A stretch of 64,000 bases of DNA from the NCBI RefSeq assembly GCF_006345805.1, contig NC_043014.1:4154001-4218000 (forward strand), read 5' to 3'. The notes under the pieces were generated by a model. The model made no database searches and was not told the DNA's origin. It saw nothing but the letters and a program-made list of their open reading frames with translations. The stretch is from Octopus sinensis (taxonomy: Eukaryota). Positions 1 through 13,466 of the stretch are shown piece after piece. Position 1 is the first letter of the stretch. Each line of letters opens with the position of its first letter. The position numbers and the translations under genes were made by a program.

Positions 1-1413
1 TGGGATCAAGCTGGAGGCGACGGAAGGCACGTAGTATCTTGCGACGAAGGGGTAGGGTAGAGGGGTGGAAAAGGAGGGGGAAGGGGGTGCGATTGGGGGG
101 TGGGCGGGGGGAAGGAGACAGGGCGGTAGTGCGGTCGATGCGACGGGCGCGGGTGAGGGCATCAGAGAGGAGTATGGGTGGGTAACCTCGGAGTCTGAAC
201 ATGCGGGCCAGGTATTGAGATTGGGTCTCGAAATCCTGGTCGCGGCTGCACAAACGTCGGAGGCGGAGGAACTGGGAGTAGGGGATGGCTCGTTTGGTGT
301 GGAAGGGGTGGGAGGAAGAGAAGTTGAGATAGAGGTGGGAATCCGTAGGTTTAAAAAAGGCGGTGGTGGTGAGAGATCTGGAGGGGTGATCGATGCGGAG
401 AGAGATGTCAAGGAAGTTGACAGAGGTGTTGGAGATGGTGGAGGTGAATTGAAGGGAGGGGTGAAAGTTGGAAAGGAAAGAGATGAATTGGCAGAGAAGT
501 TCACGGGAAAGGGAGGTGGCACCTACGCAGTCGTCGATATAGCGACCGTATAGTTCGGGGGTCGGCCCAGAGAACTGGGAGAACACTTGGGCCTCAATGT
601 AGCCAAGAAAGAGATTGGCGAAATTGGGGCCCATCCTAGTTCCCATCGCGACCCCGGACACCTGTTGGTACGTTTCCCCGGCGAACGTGAAGCAATTGAG
701 GGTGAGGACGAGCTCGGCCAAACGGAGAAGGGTGGGGGTGCTGGGGGTGGGGTCGGGACGACGGTCGAGGAAGTGTTGGAGGGCTAGGAGACCGTCATTG
801 TGGGGAATCACTGTGTACAGGGATTTTACATCTAAAGTGAAGAGGAGGTGTGAGGGGCTGGAAGGGAAGGAAAAGGAATTGAAGAGACGGAGGGCGTGGT
901 TGGTGTCGTGTATGTGGGATGGGAGGGCTGCGACTAAGGGGGACAGGATGCGGTCGAGGTATAGGGAGATGAGTTCAGTGGGGCAATTACAGGCAGAGAC
1001 TATGGGACGGCCAGGATTAGAGGGTTTATGGATCTTGGGAAGGAAGTAGATGGTGGAGGTGCGGGGTGTGCGGACGATGAGGTTGGTGGCGGTGAGGGGG
1101 AGAGCGGAGGAGGAGATGAGGTCGTGGATGGTGGAGGACACTCGTTGTTGGTAGGAGGAGGTGGGATCGGAGGGGAGGAGGCGATAGAAGAGTGGATTTT
1201 GAAGCTGGTTGAGCGCTTCCTCCCTGTATAGGTCCGCGCGCCACACTACCACTGCCCCGCCTTTGTCCGCCGGTTTGATGACAATGTCATCACGACGGCG
1301 GAGGTGGCGAAGGGCAATGGATTCGGCCCGAGTGAGGTTGGCTCGGCGGGGTCTTGGTTCAAAGTTGAAACGGTGGACCAAAGCGTTGCAGTCATGTACA
1401 AACGAATCTAGGC

Positions 1414-1416
<3 letters not shown>
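1..1416 (-). mobile_element. Penelope-like retroelement RT region, 5'-truncated, reading frame open to the window edge
   Basis: Manual minus-strand translation gives an uninterrupted frame of about 470 aa: ..[86 protein letters not shown]. The ORF track missed it because it runs off the window. The 5' end abuts a (TA)n tract. Confidence 0.92.
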
Positions 1417-1450
<34 letters not shown>

Positions 1451-1456
1451 GAAATA

Positions 1457-1526
<70 letters not shown>
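1417..1526. repeat. (TA)n/(TG)n microsatellite
   Basis: Direct sequence. Confidence 0.95.
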
Positions 1527-1527
<1 letters not shown>

Positions 1528-2130
1528 ACTTGCAGACATACCCGGCATTGCTGGGGATAAAAACGGGAAAGTTGGTATATAATATATTCGAGTCATTTTG
1601 AAACAGGTGATATGGGAAAGTGCAACATTGACAACAAAACATTTGTAGAGTAAATGCTGGGCTAATTCGACTAAGCAACATGCTATGTGTCCGTTTGGAG
1701 TGTTTCAGGCCCTAACCTGTCATGCAAAATTGGAGGTGGGTTTTGTGTGATTTTTGAACGTACCGAAAAGCTGTCAGTGGATATACTCTCATTTGCAGCA
1801 GTGTGCGCTGTGTCTAACACGACCCATCATCGGAAATTTGACACCACACGTCGGGTTTCTTGTCCTACATCACTCATAGAGTAAATTTAGACGAACTGTG
1901 GTTGTTCATTCGCGGGTACCAGGGAACCATTGAGGGGATAGAGTTGCCATTGAACTTTGACGTCGGCGTAAATTCATGTTTATCTATCTTCTTAGATTCA
2001 CCAAAAGATGTCAATTGAAATGCAAAGTTGTATTGTCTGATATTGTTCAGAAAATCCTTTGACTGGATTGAAGCGCCTTCTAGAAGATTCCTAAGGGGTT
2101 GAGATGGTAGTGTTGGCAATGATACCTGTC
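1527..2130 (-). mobile_element. Helitron relic (copy A): Rep/helicase N-terminal fragment plus degenerate 3' terminus
   Basis: Minus strand encodes GQVSLPTLPSQPLRNLL..FLNNIRQYNFAFQLTSFG and, after a frameshift, KVQWQLYPLNGSLVPANEQPQF. The terminus on + reads acttgcagacatacccggcattgctgggg, the reverse complement of hairpin + CTAG-like end. Confidence 0.75.
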
Positions 2131-2226
2131 CGAATATGTTGTCATCTATTGCATTGTTTTAAGTTCTAATCGATTATAAATACCCTGAAGTTCTATTTAT
2201 ATGATGCTATTTCTATTTTTTCACAG

Positions 2227-2278
2227 AACCGTTTCATCTCCAAGAAATCTCTCGACGATAAACCTGATGATACACCAA
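2227..2278 (+). CDS. C4-like (CAVC-domain) gene copy A, exon 2 (NRFISKKSLDDKPDDTP)
   Basis: tcacag|...|gtaag borders, 52 nt, phase 0 to 1. Fits exon 1 (phase 0) and exon 3 (phase 1) and recurs in 5 copies. Confidence 0.8.
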
Positions 2279-2489
2279 GTAAGAACTAATTTTATAGCTA
2301 AAGTCTTTTACCCGTGTCTCCTTAACTAATGATTTATAATTTTAGCAACTTTGAATTAGTTCCACATTACTATCCATCTGTCCACAATAATATATACTAA
2401 GACACTTGCCTGAAATAATTTCAAAATATATTCTACTTTACAAGAATTTCCTAAATAAAATATTACTCTAATATACTATGATAATTATT

Positions 2490-4600
2490 GTGTGTATATG
2501 AGTACATATGCAGCGCTACGTCGAGAATTGTACCAAGCCCTCTTCATCTGAGAATCAAATGCCCGAGCTGTCGCTTCACTGCGTTTATATCTACAATTCA
2601 GCATTCTGTCCACTCTTGTGCTTCCAATAATTCGTGAATAGAAACCCGAAATAATTATGTTCCACTTTCCTACAAAGTCGGTATTTGTCAACCCTGCCTT
2701 GGTGTACCCGGCAGCCAATCCATTCAATGCACGTTGTTGGTGACAATCAGATGAATCACGTAGCAGCATGTCGTCTACAAATAACAGTCGACCGATCACG
2801 TAGAGATGAATTAGGAATCCTCTACCACAATGGCTGCGCATATTCAACCAGATCACAAAAAAGAATGTGAGATGGGGCACTAACAATGCACACTTCAACT
2901 AAGTGAAACATTCACGTTGAAAACTTTCGACTTTTACATAAATACAATAATTTGAACATAAGTACTTTATGGCAACCAGTATTTGCCCATTAAACTCACC
3001 TTCATGGTAAACCATCCGCAACATGCCCCATGGCACGTGATCTTGTGCCTTTTCGTGGTTTACAGCGTATAAACCTTGGAAATATTTCAGTGTTTGCTGG
3101 AAGATCTGTCTTTGGACGACTCTCTGGTTGGGTGTACTGCGTCCCGGACAGTAATCTTGGGCACGACATTTTACCTACTTATCGTTTCCTGACATCTAGT
3201 GTAGACTTTTCTATAATTAGAACACAATCTTTGGTCTCTGTTTGAAAAAATTGTGATTGTCACCCCATATTACCATTGCCTTGGTGTGTTTTCCACAGGT
3301 CCCATCCACCTAGCATACATTGGTCACTCAGAGAATACCATTTGTATTTAAGGTTTCTAAAATATAAAGCCGAACGTCCTTATCACCAGCAGCTTTACCA
3401 CTTTTAAGTGAATTTAGCTCAAATAAGCGTTCAACCGAAGAAGAACCTGCCGAATAAAATAATACAATCACGAATCCATTTCGATGTCCAACTTCATTCA
3501 GGATGGTCACTCTCAATTTGGATGCAAAAGTCTCCACAATTTTATATCTGATCCCAGCATCCACAGCGGCTTCCAACTGTAGTCTGTAGGTCGCACTGGA
3601 CTTACCAATTTCCAGTGTTCGGCAGACTGTACGAATTTTCAGGTTTTCAGACATTTAGGTAGTGACGAGTTGACAACTCCACCCCTTCCTTTTACCCGAA
3701 CGTTCAGCAAAGAGTGAAAGATGACCGAAATCTATCAAAAATCTCTGTCACCAACTATGTCTATACCAGGCACCCTTATAAATATCCCTGTCTTAAAATA
3801 ATATCTATACCATAGAGAGGAGTGTGTGTATCCTGCACTGAAGGCTGCTATGACCTCTCCATTAAGTTCACTGACGACATTCCTTCCAATCAATCCTTCT
3901 CACAGTTATCAGTGCCAAGGTGTGCACTGAAGTCTCCTTGCAGGACAAATGACTTTACCCCAAATGTATCTAAAGCTGAGGTGAATTTGCTTAGGAAGGA
4001 TTTGTATTTGACCGCAATGTTTGCTGCATATACTTACAGCGGCCACAGTGGTCCTTCATATTCAGCCTTAGCTTCAAGAGGTGAACCCTCACACCTAGTA
4101 GGTTTCATTCCATAATACAGTCCGAAAGCTGGGGATTGAGAGTATCCTAATCCCACCTGTGCAGACATTGTTGGCACCACAGTTGCGTAGTGGACTTTCA
4201 AGCCTATATCCAAGTGTACGCTATCGGAGAAACGGAAGTTTGTAGAGGAGACACCGATTATATCTTACAGGCAGATTATATCTAACAATTTCGACAGTTT
4301 AATTCTCAATTATTAAAGATTGTTCCCTTCTTCATCTGCTTTGATTTCCTGAGACCGTCAATTTTGTGCTCCCACCTCACGCACCCCAGATTAAGTTGCT
4401 GGCTTCTTACTGGTTGCACCGGTATTGGGTGGGTTGTGCTATACATTTATCGAACGGACTCCTCTACTCGAGATCCGGATGCGATGTCTTTTAACTAAAT
4501 CGACAAATGATGCGGTATGGTTGTTATTTTCATATTGTAGTTATGATGGCCTTATTTGCGCCGAGCTCCAAACTGATATTTGTAATTGACCGATGAATAT
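2490..4600 (-). mobile_element. Decayed RTE-like LINE in intron 2 (copy A)
   Basis: Degenerate APE motifs (LQGDFxAH; VLDVRVK..LSTDH, clearest in the paralogous copy at ~57960-58250) and RT C-terminal SRIIGSTRVDR..RQLGHL. Many stops and frameshifts. Confidence 0.6.
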
Positions 4601-4988
4601 TCGCACCTGGCGAATATTTTATCATTATTCTATTGAGTTTTATCATTATTCTATTGAGAAGTATATATTCTCATACCCAAGATTACGTATCATACATACA
4701 TCCGTTCTTAGCGGAGACCGATACACATTCTGATATTCTGATATTAATCTCTCAAATCTTTGACATCAACGTCAACAACAGGCTCAACAGACAAATGTCT
4801 TTTTTCTTTCTTTACAATTTATTCTTATTATTTACATCTTTCGTTCTGACTTTCATTCATTCACTCGTTCTTTCTTAACTTCTATATTTCTCTCTTCTCC
4901 ATCAATTCCTTCCCATCCAACATCCTACTTTGTAAATGATCCCCCAATTCTTTCTCTTAAACTACTTTACTTCATTTTAATATCACAG

Positions 4989-5063
4989 AACCCGGTCTCG
5001 GATCATTGTATACCCGGTGGGGCAGAACAACTTGTCCTCCTTATTCGAAACTTGTATATGACG
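4989..5063 (+). CDS. Copy A exon 3 (KPGLGSLYTRWGRTTCPPYSKLVYD)
   Basis: cacag|...|gttagt, 75 nt, phase 1-1. YTRWGRxxCP motif typical of this family. Confidence 0.88.
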
Positions 5064-5389
5064 GTTAGTATACTTTATATTTCTCACCTCTCATTCTCTT
5101 TTTGTCTTTCTCTTGTTCACTTTTTATACCTCTCCTTCTCTCTTTTTGTTGCCTCTCTTTCTCTCTCACCCTCTCTCTCACGCACATGCAACCACACTCA
5201 CCCTTTCTCGGGTTGTCTGACATAAAACTTCTCATATCCTCTTATGATGTGTCACGTTTCAAACGTATATACCTGTAGACTATACAGACACTACAAAAGA
5301 CTGCTTACTCCTTTGTAGGTATTTGGTCAAATCAGAATATTATATGTTGTCTACTACGGACCAAGTGAAAAGGATGCTAACTGGTGGTC

Positions 5390-6150
5390 AAGTGTACTGG
5401 CTACGGATGGTGGTATTGTACGTGAGTGACCAGAGCTGAAAAGTGGCCACTTGACTATCAGTAACAAGAGTGCCCAATGATCGTAGGTGTGGGCTAAATT
5501 GAATAGAGTCTATTAGAATTGATGACAGTGACTGTAAATGGTTAATGGAATGTACGCACAATGTAGAATGAGGACTGGACAAGCCACATACTGTAACTGA
5601 TGGAAAAAGCTAAGGACTTTATTCATTAAGTAAAATAGAGAGAGACTAAATATTAGTGAGAGAACACAACAGAGTACAGAATGCACTTCTATTCTTCTCC
5701 GCCTCACCGAAATCGTCCTATCGCTAAAACCTTGCTCTTTTCATGCACCACATCACCTCATTAATTATCCAGTATATATTTGTAAGGTAATTCCGAAACT
5801 TCCAATTCAAAATTGCTGCTACAAACAGCTTCCCCAGTCAACCTCACATTCCTTTAAAAATGCTCTGAATCTGCTGTCTATAAACCTTACACGTATCATT
5901 TATCGGTCGCCCACTCCGCCGTCCATTCATCTTAAGCACTATGCCATCACTGAACCTCACGACTTTTCCTCCCACCTCGTTTCTGTGTATTGCATGAAAA
6001 AAAGTCTGTGTGATCATAACGTCTATGTAAGCCTGATTCCTCCGAGTCTAAACGAGAGGTTTAGCCACTGACTCTCGTTTGATCGACTAAACAACATTTC
6101 ATCGACGGTTACCCACCACTTCTCTGCATCTCGTCGTCTCCCGTATTGTC
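5390..6150 (-). mobile_element. Decayed LINE RT fragment (RTE-like) in intron 3
   Basis: Weak resemblance of minus-strand translations to RT motif regions (RRRRIEVHSVL..VLSLIF). Paralogous segments at ~17390-18150 and ~59760-60600. Confidence 0.4.
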
Positions 6151-6384
6151 CTACTCAAACCTCCTACACTTTCCACCACCCAAAATATCCCCGTTCACAC
6201 GTGAACATCGTTTCTATTTTGGATAAACACGAGTGCATGCGTTATAAAATATCTTTCTTTTTCTCCATCTGGTGACATCCACCGAAAGACACCTACCCCA
6301 TGCAAACATACATAATAATCCACGTCGTAACCACAAATAGGTACCCGTATACACACAACATATATATACATATATATATTTATA

Positions 6385-6779
6385 GGCGCAGGAGTGGCTG
6401 TGTAGTAAGTAGCTTGTTACCAACCACATGGTTCCGGGTTCAGTCCCACTGCGTGGCATCTTCGGCAAGTGTCTTCTGCTATAGCCTCGGGCCGACCAAT
6501 GCCATGTGAGTGGATTTGGTAGACGGAAACTGAAAGAAGGCTGTCGAATATATGTATATATATATATATATTTGTGTGTCTGTGTTTGTCCTCCACCATC
6601 GCTTTACAAACGATGCTGGTGTGTTTACGTCCCCGTTTCTTAGCGGTTCGGGAAAAAAAGATCGATAGAATAAGTACTGGGTTTACAAATAATAAGTCCC
6701 GGGGTCGAGATGCTCGACTGAAGGCGGTGCTCCAGCATGGCCGCTATAAAATGACTGAAACAAGAAAAAGAAAAAAAGA

Positions 6780-6780
<1 letters not shown>
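6385..6780 (+). mobile_element. Octopus-type tRNA-derived SINE
   Basis: ggcgcaggagtggctgtg..ggttcagtcccactgcgtggca head; ggatttggtagacggaaactgaaagaag core; ctccagcatggccgc..gactgaaacaag tail. Recurs across the window. Confidence 0.8.
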
Positions 6781-6831
<51 letters not shown>

Positions 6832-7038
6832 GATGAGAAGGCAAACGCACAGCTACGATCTCATACATACCTCAACACACTGCTTACACACATAAACACT
6901 AACACATACACCACAATTCGTTCACACGCGACTAAACATGACTTCTTTTAAGTGAAAAATTGTAATGAATGTTTCTGTTATTTCATATATAATTTTGCTT
7001 AACATCTTTTTTACTTGATTTATTCTTACCAATTCTAG

Positions 7039-7538
7039 GTGTGGTTGGTGGACAATTTTATTCTCATACTGGTGGCGGAAGTAATCTCTTGTGTCTACCC
7101 AACGATCCCATTTGGGCCAATTATACTACAGAAGTTGAAGAAGGAGGTTACATTTATGGTAGTGAATATGAACTAAATTTTTACCCAACTAATAAACTCT
7201 TTTCTTTTGCTAACGCTGAATCAATTCATGAGCACAACGTTCCGTGCGCTGTCTGTTTGACACGACAACCTGCTGTCGTTATGATGTTACCAGCCAGGAC
7301 AAAGTGTTACCCTGGTTGGACGATTGAGTATTCGGGATATTTGATGACCGAGTATTATAAGCATAAGGGCAGACATGAGTATGTGTGTGTGGACTACGCA
7401 CCAGAAGCTGATCCAGCAGGTTACAGAAACGAAGATGGAGCTCTATTATATTTCGTTCAGGCTGCTTGTGGTTCATTGCCATGTCCACCGTATGTCAATG
7501 GTCGAGAATTAACCTGCGTTGTGTGCAGTAAATACTGA
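7039..7538 (+). CDS. Copy A exon 4, intact CAVC/C4-like domain ending in a stop
   Basis: ttctag| acceptor, phase 1. GGGSNLLCLP, GSEY, VPCAVC, CYPGW, EYSGYLM, YVCVD, CGSLPCPPY..ELTCVVCSKY*. Confidence 0.92.
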
Positions 7539-9224
7539 ATAGAAGTTTACATTCGTTTTTATACGAAAATTTATGTCGGCGAATCATAAAATATAATATA
7601 ATAAAGCAACATATACGTTTCTTGTAATTGTGTTTCGCAATATTTTATCCGACTAATATATGTCGTTAAATAAGTTTCTGCTACAAGTTTTCAGAAAATA
7701 TTCAAAACGAAACAACAGAGAAGTCATAGAATGTGACAAATAGCTTAACAGAACGATGTAATCCTCGGGGAATGATTCTAGAATACATCGTATGAGGTTC
7801 AGTTTATCAAATTTAAAAGTTGAAATAAAATAATGATTCGTTTAAACGTGTGTTGTATTCCGTCTTAAAATGAAAACAATCCCCAAATGAAACACCTCCG
7901 TACAAATATATCACCCTTTCATGATCAATCTTCAGAAAACACGATAAAAGCTTATAACTAACATCACTAAATCATGATGGTTTAATAAAAAAAATACTCC
8001 CATACGAATCATTGTAACTACAATCGATGCGATGAAAGCTCTGCAATCCAATCGCGGATATTACCAAATAAAGGATATTTGATATCCACTGAAGAAATAC
8101 CACAAAATGTTGACTACCAAACTACTTGTCAGGTTACTAACACATTGAAGTGTTCACGAAACACTTTCGACAAGGTTACAAGTACACGTCCCACGATCAA
8201 CTATTTTTCAACCTACATTCACATATTCCCGCTTTTCTATGAAAATCACAAGCACAAAACCACGCGTCACATTACACACGCAGCCTCTCATCGTTCCCTG
8301 AACACTGATGTGCCAAAATAAAATATGAAACCACCAAGAAATATGAGTAGACTTCAGGAACAGCATCAACCGAATCTACAGCAACACCACAAAACATCGA
8401 GTTCAACAAATTATCTCCGTCTGTAACATAAAAGTATCAAACTCGCAGAAGTGGATCTTGCTTCGAGATACATGCATACAATAACTGTAACACACATAAA
8501 CGACTTAGTAAGGAAAGGAACACCACTTATAAAATATACATTAGGTGGAATCAGTGCAACATGTTGAGTGTTTCACACTATACCCAGCATGATTGCTCCT
8601 TGTATGTGGGAGTTTGTAGAATGGCTGCCACATAAACGAAGGTATCCGTGGAAAGAGGGATCTGTGGGTGGCAGCACGTTTTTTGTCCGATTCATTGCGT
8701 GCCATAAGAATGCTCGATTGTGAAAAAGCTAGAGAAAAAGAATAATAATTAAGTAACATGAAAGCACGAAATGCAAATTGACAAATGAATATATGGAAAC
8801 ATTCAACATGGCGTTTCCAGTGAACAGTATTAGCGCTCAGTATTAGGCATAAGCAATTTTTAGGTTCGTTAAAATGTGCTAATGGCATATTTCAAACTCT
8901 AAACGCAAATTCTGTGCAGAAAGCGGAAAAAACAGCATATCAGTCCAGTGCTGCTCCCTATCGGGTGCCAGTTTAGCCGTTATCAAAAGAAAATACCGAA
9001 GAGGGGAATATCTGGACAAACTTAAAGCCATAGCTTTAACTTAAACATAGTCAACAACAACGAGTAAGTGACGCCATTAGAGCGCCAGGCTGGAGTCTGT
9101 CGTGAGTTACCTCCCTTCGGTATTTCTCTTTCATAAATACTTCGCTAGAGGAGTTGACTTCAACCTTGTGCCCCAACAGTAACTGCGGTCGCTCGAACGT
9201 GACCGCATTTTTCCGCATATATAT

Positions 9225-9656
9225 ATGTGTGTGTGTGTGTCAGTGTGTGTGTAGGAGTGTGTGTGCACCAGTGTGTGTGTGTGAGAGTGTGAGTGTGTCA
9301 GTGTGTCAGTGTGTGTCAGTGTGTGTGTGTGAATGGGTGTGAGTGTGTGTGTGAGTGCATGTGTGATTTTCAGTGTGTGCGTATGTGTGTACGTGTGATT
9401 GTGTGTGTATGTCAGTGTGTGTCTGTTTAGTGGTGTTTGTGTAAGTTTGTGTGTGTGTGTGTGTGTGTGTGCCTGTTCACCAGTGTGTGTGTGTGTGAGT
9501 GTGTCAGTGTGTGTGTGTGTCAGTGTGTGTGTGTCACTGTGTGTATGTGTGTACGTGTGTTTGTGTGTGTATTACAGTGTGTGTCTGTTTATGTGTGTGT
9601 GTCAGTATTTGTGTATGTCAGTGTATGTGTGTGTGTGAGTTTGTGTGTGTGTGTGT

Positions 9657-9695
<39 letters not shown>

Positions 9696-9805
9696 TATGT
9701 GTGTCAGAGTGTGTATGTGTGTGTGTATGTTAGTGTCTGTGTGTATGTGTGCCAGTGTGTGTGTGTGCATGTATGTAAGTGTGTGCGTGTGTTTGTGTGT
9801 GTGAG
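9225..9805. repeat. Imperfect (GT)n/(CAGTGT) tract
   Basis: Direct sequence. Paralogous tracts at 20650-21485 and ~41075-41200. Confidence 0.9.
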
Positions 9806-10230
9806 TCTGTGTATTCGTCGGTTGAACGAAATACTTCCCACACTGAATATTAAAACTGTTTCCCAATAATAACAAATAAAATTAAATAACAACATTAGTA
9901 AATAAATATATCATAATATATCCAGAAACAGGAATCATTTCACTTTACACGTGTCTCTCATTATTCAAAATATTTTGCTAATTATTGTGTGACAATATCA
10001 AACCATCTCTTTCCAATAATTAAACCTGTCAGACAAGTTCACACCCGCTTTTACAGTTCCACCAATCGCATTGGTTCATAAATTTACGGTAAGATCTATG
10101 CCAGAGCTGGGTTTTTGTGCGCTCAATAAATACGTGGAATTCAGTTACAGGTCTTCAGCTTAAACCTCGCATCTCGATCTTTTGTTGAAGCCACACGAAG
10201 TATCACTTACGACCGACAACTGTCACCAGA

Positions 10231-10374
10231 ATGGATTTCGCACAACTGTCCAGGAATATTTCGCAGCGTTATTCCATTTCTTCTCTCATAGCTTTTGGGG
10301 TTCTTCTCGTTCTGACGATCGTGATTCTTCATCAAGATTCTAGAATAGGAAAAATGGAAGAGAAATCGAAAACG
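10231..10374 (+). CDS. Copy B exon 1 (MDFAQLSRNISQRYSISSLIAFGVLLVLTIVILHQDSRIGKMEEKSKT), signal anchor/TM
   Basis: ATG, hydrophobic stretch, strong donor acg|gtaagt. Near-identical at 21906 and 42040. Confidence 0.82.
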
Positions 10375-10790
10375 GTAAGTCATGGATTTTGTGTTAATAT
10401 ATGTATGTCTTTATGTATTTATATATGCATGTATGTATGTATGCATTTACGTATGTATGTATTAATATGTGGATGTATGTACGTACGTACGGATGGATGG
10501 ATGGATGTAAGGATGTATGCATGAATCACGTACATATGTTCCTATGGAGCACACACACACACATAAGATCACACACGTAATCACACACGAACACACAGGC
10601 GCACATACCTAAATATACATATATATACATATACGTATATTTGTATATATAACATACATATGTTTGAATATATTAGTGCGTGAACATATATAGATATATA
10701 TATATACAAACAAATATATGCGTGTGTGTATCTATCACTGTATCTCTCTGTCCATCTCTCTCTCTCTCTCTATTTATCTATATGTATATA

Positions 10791-10826
<36 letters not shown>

Positions 10827-10844
10827 TATATAAATATATTCTGT

Positions 10845-11035
10845 TAACCGTTTCAGTCATTTGACTGCGGCCATGCTAGAGCACTGCGTTTAGTAGGAGA
10901 AATCGTCTTCAGGAATTATTCTTTGTAAGCCTATTGCTCATTCTATCGGTATCTCTAGCCGAACCGCTATGTAACGGGGATGTAAACACACCGACATCAG
11001 TTTAGAATCGATAGTGGTGCGACAATAACAGACAC
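10845..11035 (-). mobile_element. Octopus-type SINE 3' half
   Basis: gtttcagtcatttgactgcggccatgctagagcac..gatgtaaacacacc. Confidence 0.75.
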
Positions 11036-11079
11036 TTACATAAAACATAGATACGTACAAACTATGTGTGCTATACACA

Positions 11080-11475
<396 letters not shown>

Positions 11476-12157
11476 TCCTAAGTAAACACAAAGAAGGGTG
11501 GAATTGTACTCCTGTCCAATCGCTCTTCCACCAGACATAATCCTGGAGAGGGAAATAAGTGCGTAATGAAAAAAATCTAATGGTGGGGTTCTAGCATGGC
11601 CATGCCCTGTCGCTGCAACGTTTAGCCCTATTAATATTAGTGTTAAGTATTATATCTAGATGTACACTTACACACACGCACAGAAACAGACACATACAAA
11701 CACACACACACGCACACATAAGAATACGTACATATTTACACACATTTATCTATTTCTCTCCATCAGGAACGGAAGTGAGGCGAGTTTTTTTTAATCTTTT
11801 CTTTCCAACTGGAAATAAAACGTGCGAGTGCCAATGTAGATCGGTGAATTTCGTAATGTTTGACTGTAATTCACGTTGGTTTTTATATATGACAATATGT
11901 AAGAACGAATGTAAATACATACACACAGACACAGGGACAAACACACGCACAAATAAACACAAACACACACACATACGCACGCACACAGACACACGTGCTC
12001 AAATGTACACGAACAATCACACTATACAGTGTATGTCCACTCACATATATGTGGGCGTATGTGTGTGTGTATGCGTATAAGTAGATACGTATATTTGTGA
12101 TATTTATGGTGTGTATGCCTAAGTATACGTGCATACGTATATATTGATATGTATATT

Positions 12158-12257
<100 letters not shown>

Positions 12258-12304
12258 GATATATATATATACATATATATATATATATGTATATATATAT
12301 ATGT

Positions 12305-12570
12305 TAGTGCAGCGGACTCACGGTTGTAGGATTACGGTTTCGATTCCCAGACTGGGCGTTGTGTGTGTTTAAAGCTCCACGAGACTCAGGGAGCGGGTTG
12401 TTGTGATCACTGCTGTACTCTTTCGCTATAACTTTCTCCCTTTCTTCTGTTGGCCTGCTCGTTTAGCCCACGGGATGGCGTCATTTGAAGGCTAAATCAA
12501 TGCGAAGCGCATTGTGACCAGCGATATGTAGCAACAACTGATAGCCTGGTCTTCGACGGTCATCACAGGG
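12305..12570 (+). mobile_element. Second SINE family (tRNA-like head)
   Basis: ggtttcgattcccagactgggcg B-box-like head. A related reverse-complement copy lies at 23705-23985. Confidence 0.65.
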
Positions 12571-12859
12571 ATATACGTATAATCCGCACACAATACACGC
12601 ACACACCCACATACTTCAAACTAGCAATACCTACTACTTAACAGGTGGTAGAGTCAAAAGTAGCCACGCCCAATTCCTTCTTCTTAACACTACTAGCCCT
12701 ACAACACGCAAAGATTAACAGCCACAACACACATACACACACGTGTCATCATTGCACACATACACACAGACACAGACACACACACGCAGACCTCTGCGAA
12801 CGCTCTTATCCACACTTACACACACATTCCTCCTCCTCTACCACTCTCCTGTCTTTGAA

Positions 12860-13095
12860 AGAACTTTTCTTCACCCATTTCCTTCCGGTCATTCAATATG
12901 TGGCCGCGTGTGTACCGTTGGCGATTTTTTTCCTCTGTCTTCCCTCCTCTGGATCTTTCTTTCTCGTATGTTTCCGACGAAGAACTCCACCCCAAACGTT
13001 AAACCCTCCTTCTGGACTGGAGGCTTCTTTACCATCGCCTCGTGGACTTATACTCATCATAGGCTTCTCTGCTGACGAGGCACGCCAGATGTAAA
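12860..13095 (+). mobile_element. Penelope pLTR-like relic with degenerate hammerhead motif
   Basis: gttt-ccgacga-agaactccacc-ccaaacgtt-aaac, a decayed CTGANGA..GAAAC. Better-preserved paralog at 25928-25962. Confidence 0.45.
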
Positions 13096-13366
13096 TATAT
13101 TTAATTTAATTAATTTGTTTACAAAGTTTGCAGAAACTATGCATAGTCCAGAGATGAAAGGGGTAAACGTTTTTATTTACCTTTCTATTTCAGAATTACA
13201 ACTAATTAAAGGTTTGAGTTTGGCTGCTCTTTCTAGTGAGTCGAATGTCCTATTATGGCCATTCCGTATATTGTTGAATGTATAGTATATAGTCTTTGAC
13301 TATCTTTCCTTTCTCACTAGACCGCTGGTAGCAGAGAATTTTTTGTAGAATTTTTTGCTACCCTTA

Positions 13367-13410
<44 letters not shown>

Positions 13411-13422
13411 GAAATATGTGTG

Positions 13423-13460
<38 letters not shown>

Positions 13461-13466
<6 letters not shown>

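Noticed and set aside
65-1451. Plus-strand Gly/Glu-rich ORFs (65-553, 615-1049 etc.)
   Set aside because: Antisense shadows of the C-rich Penelope RT frame.
2485-4115. ORFs conserved between copies (MKCALL.., MSENL.., MCVSCTEG..)
   Set aside because: Conserved only because of recent segmental duplication. They are off-frame or partial reads of a decayed RTE-like LINE.
10055-10150. CCAAT/TATA/Inr-like words upstream of exon 1
   Set aside because: Spacing is non-canonical, and conservation is explained by recent duplication. There is no TSS evidence.
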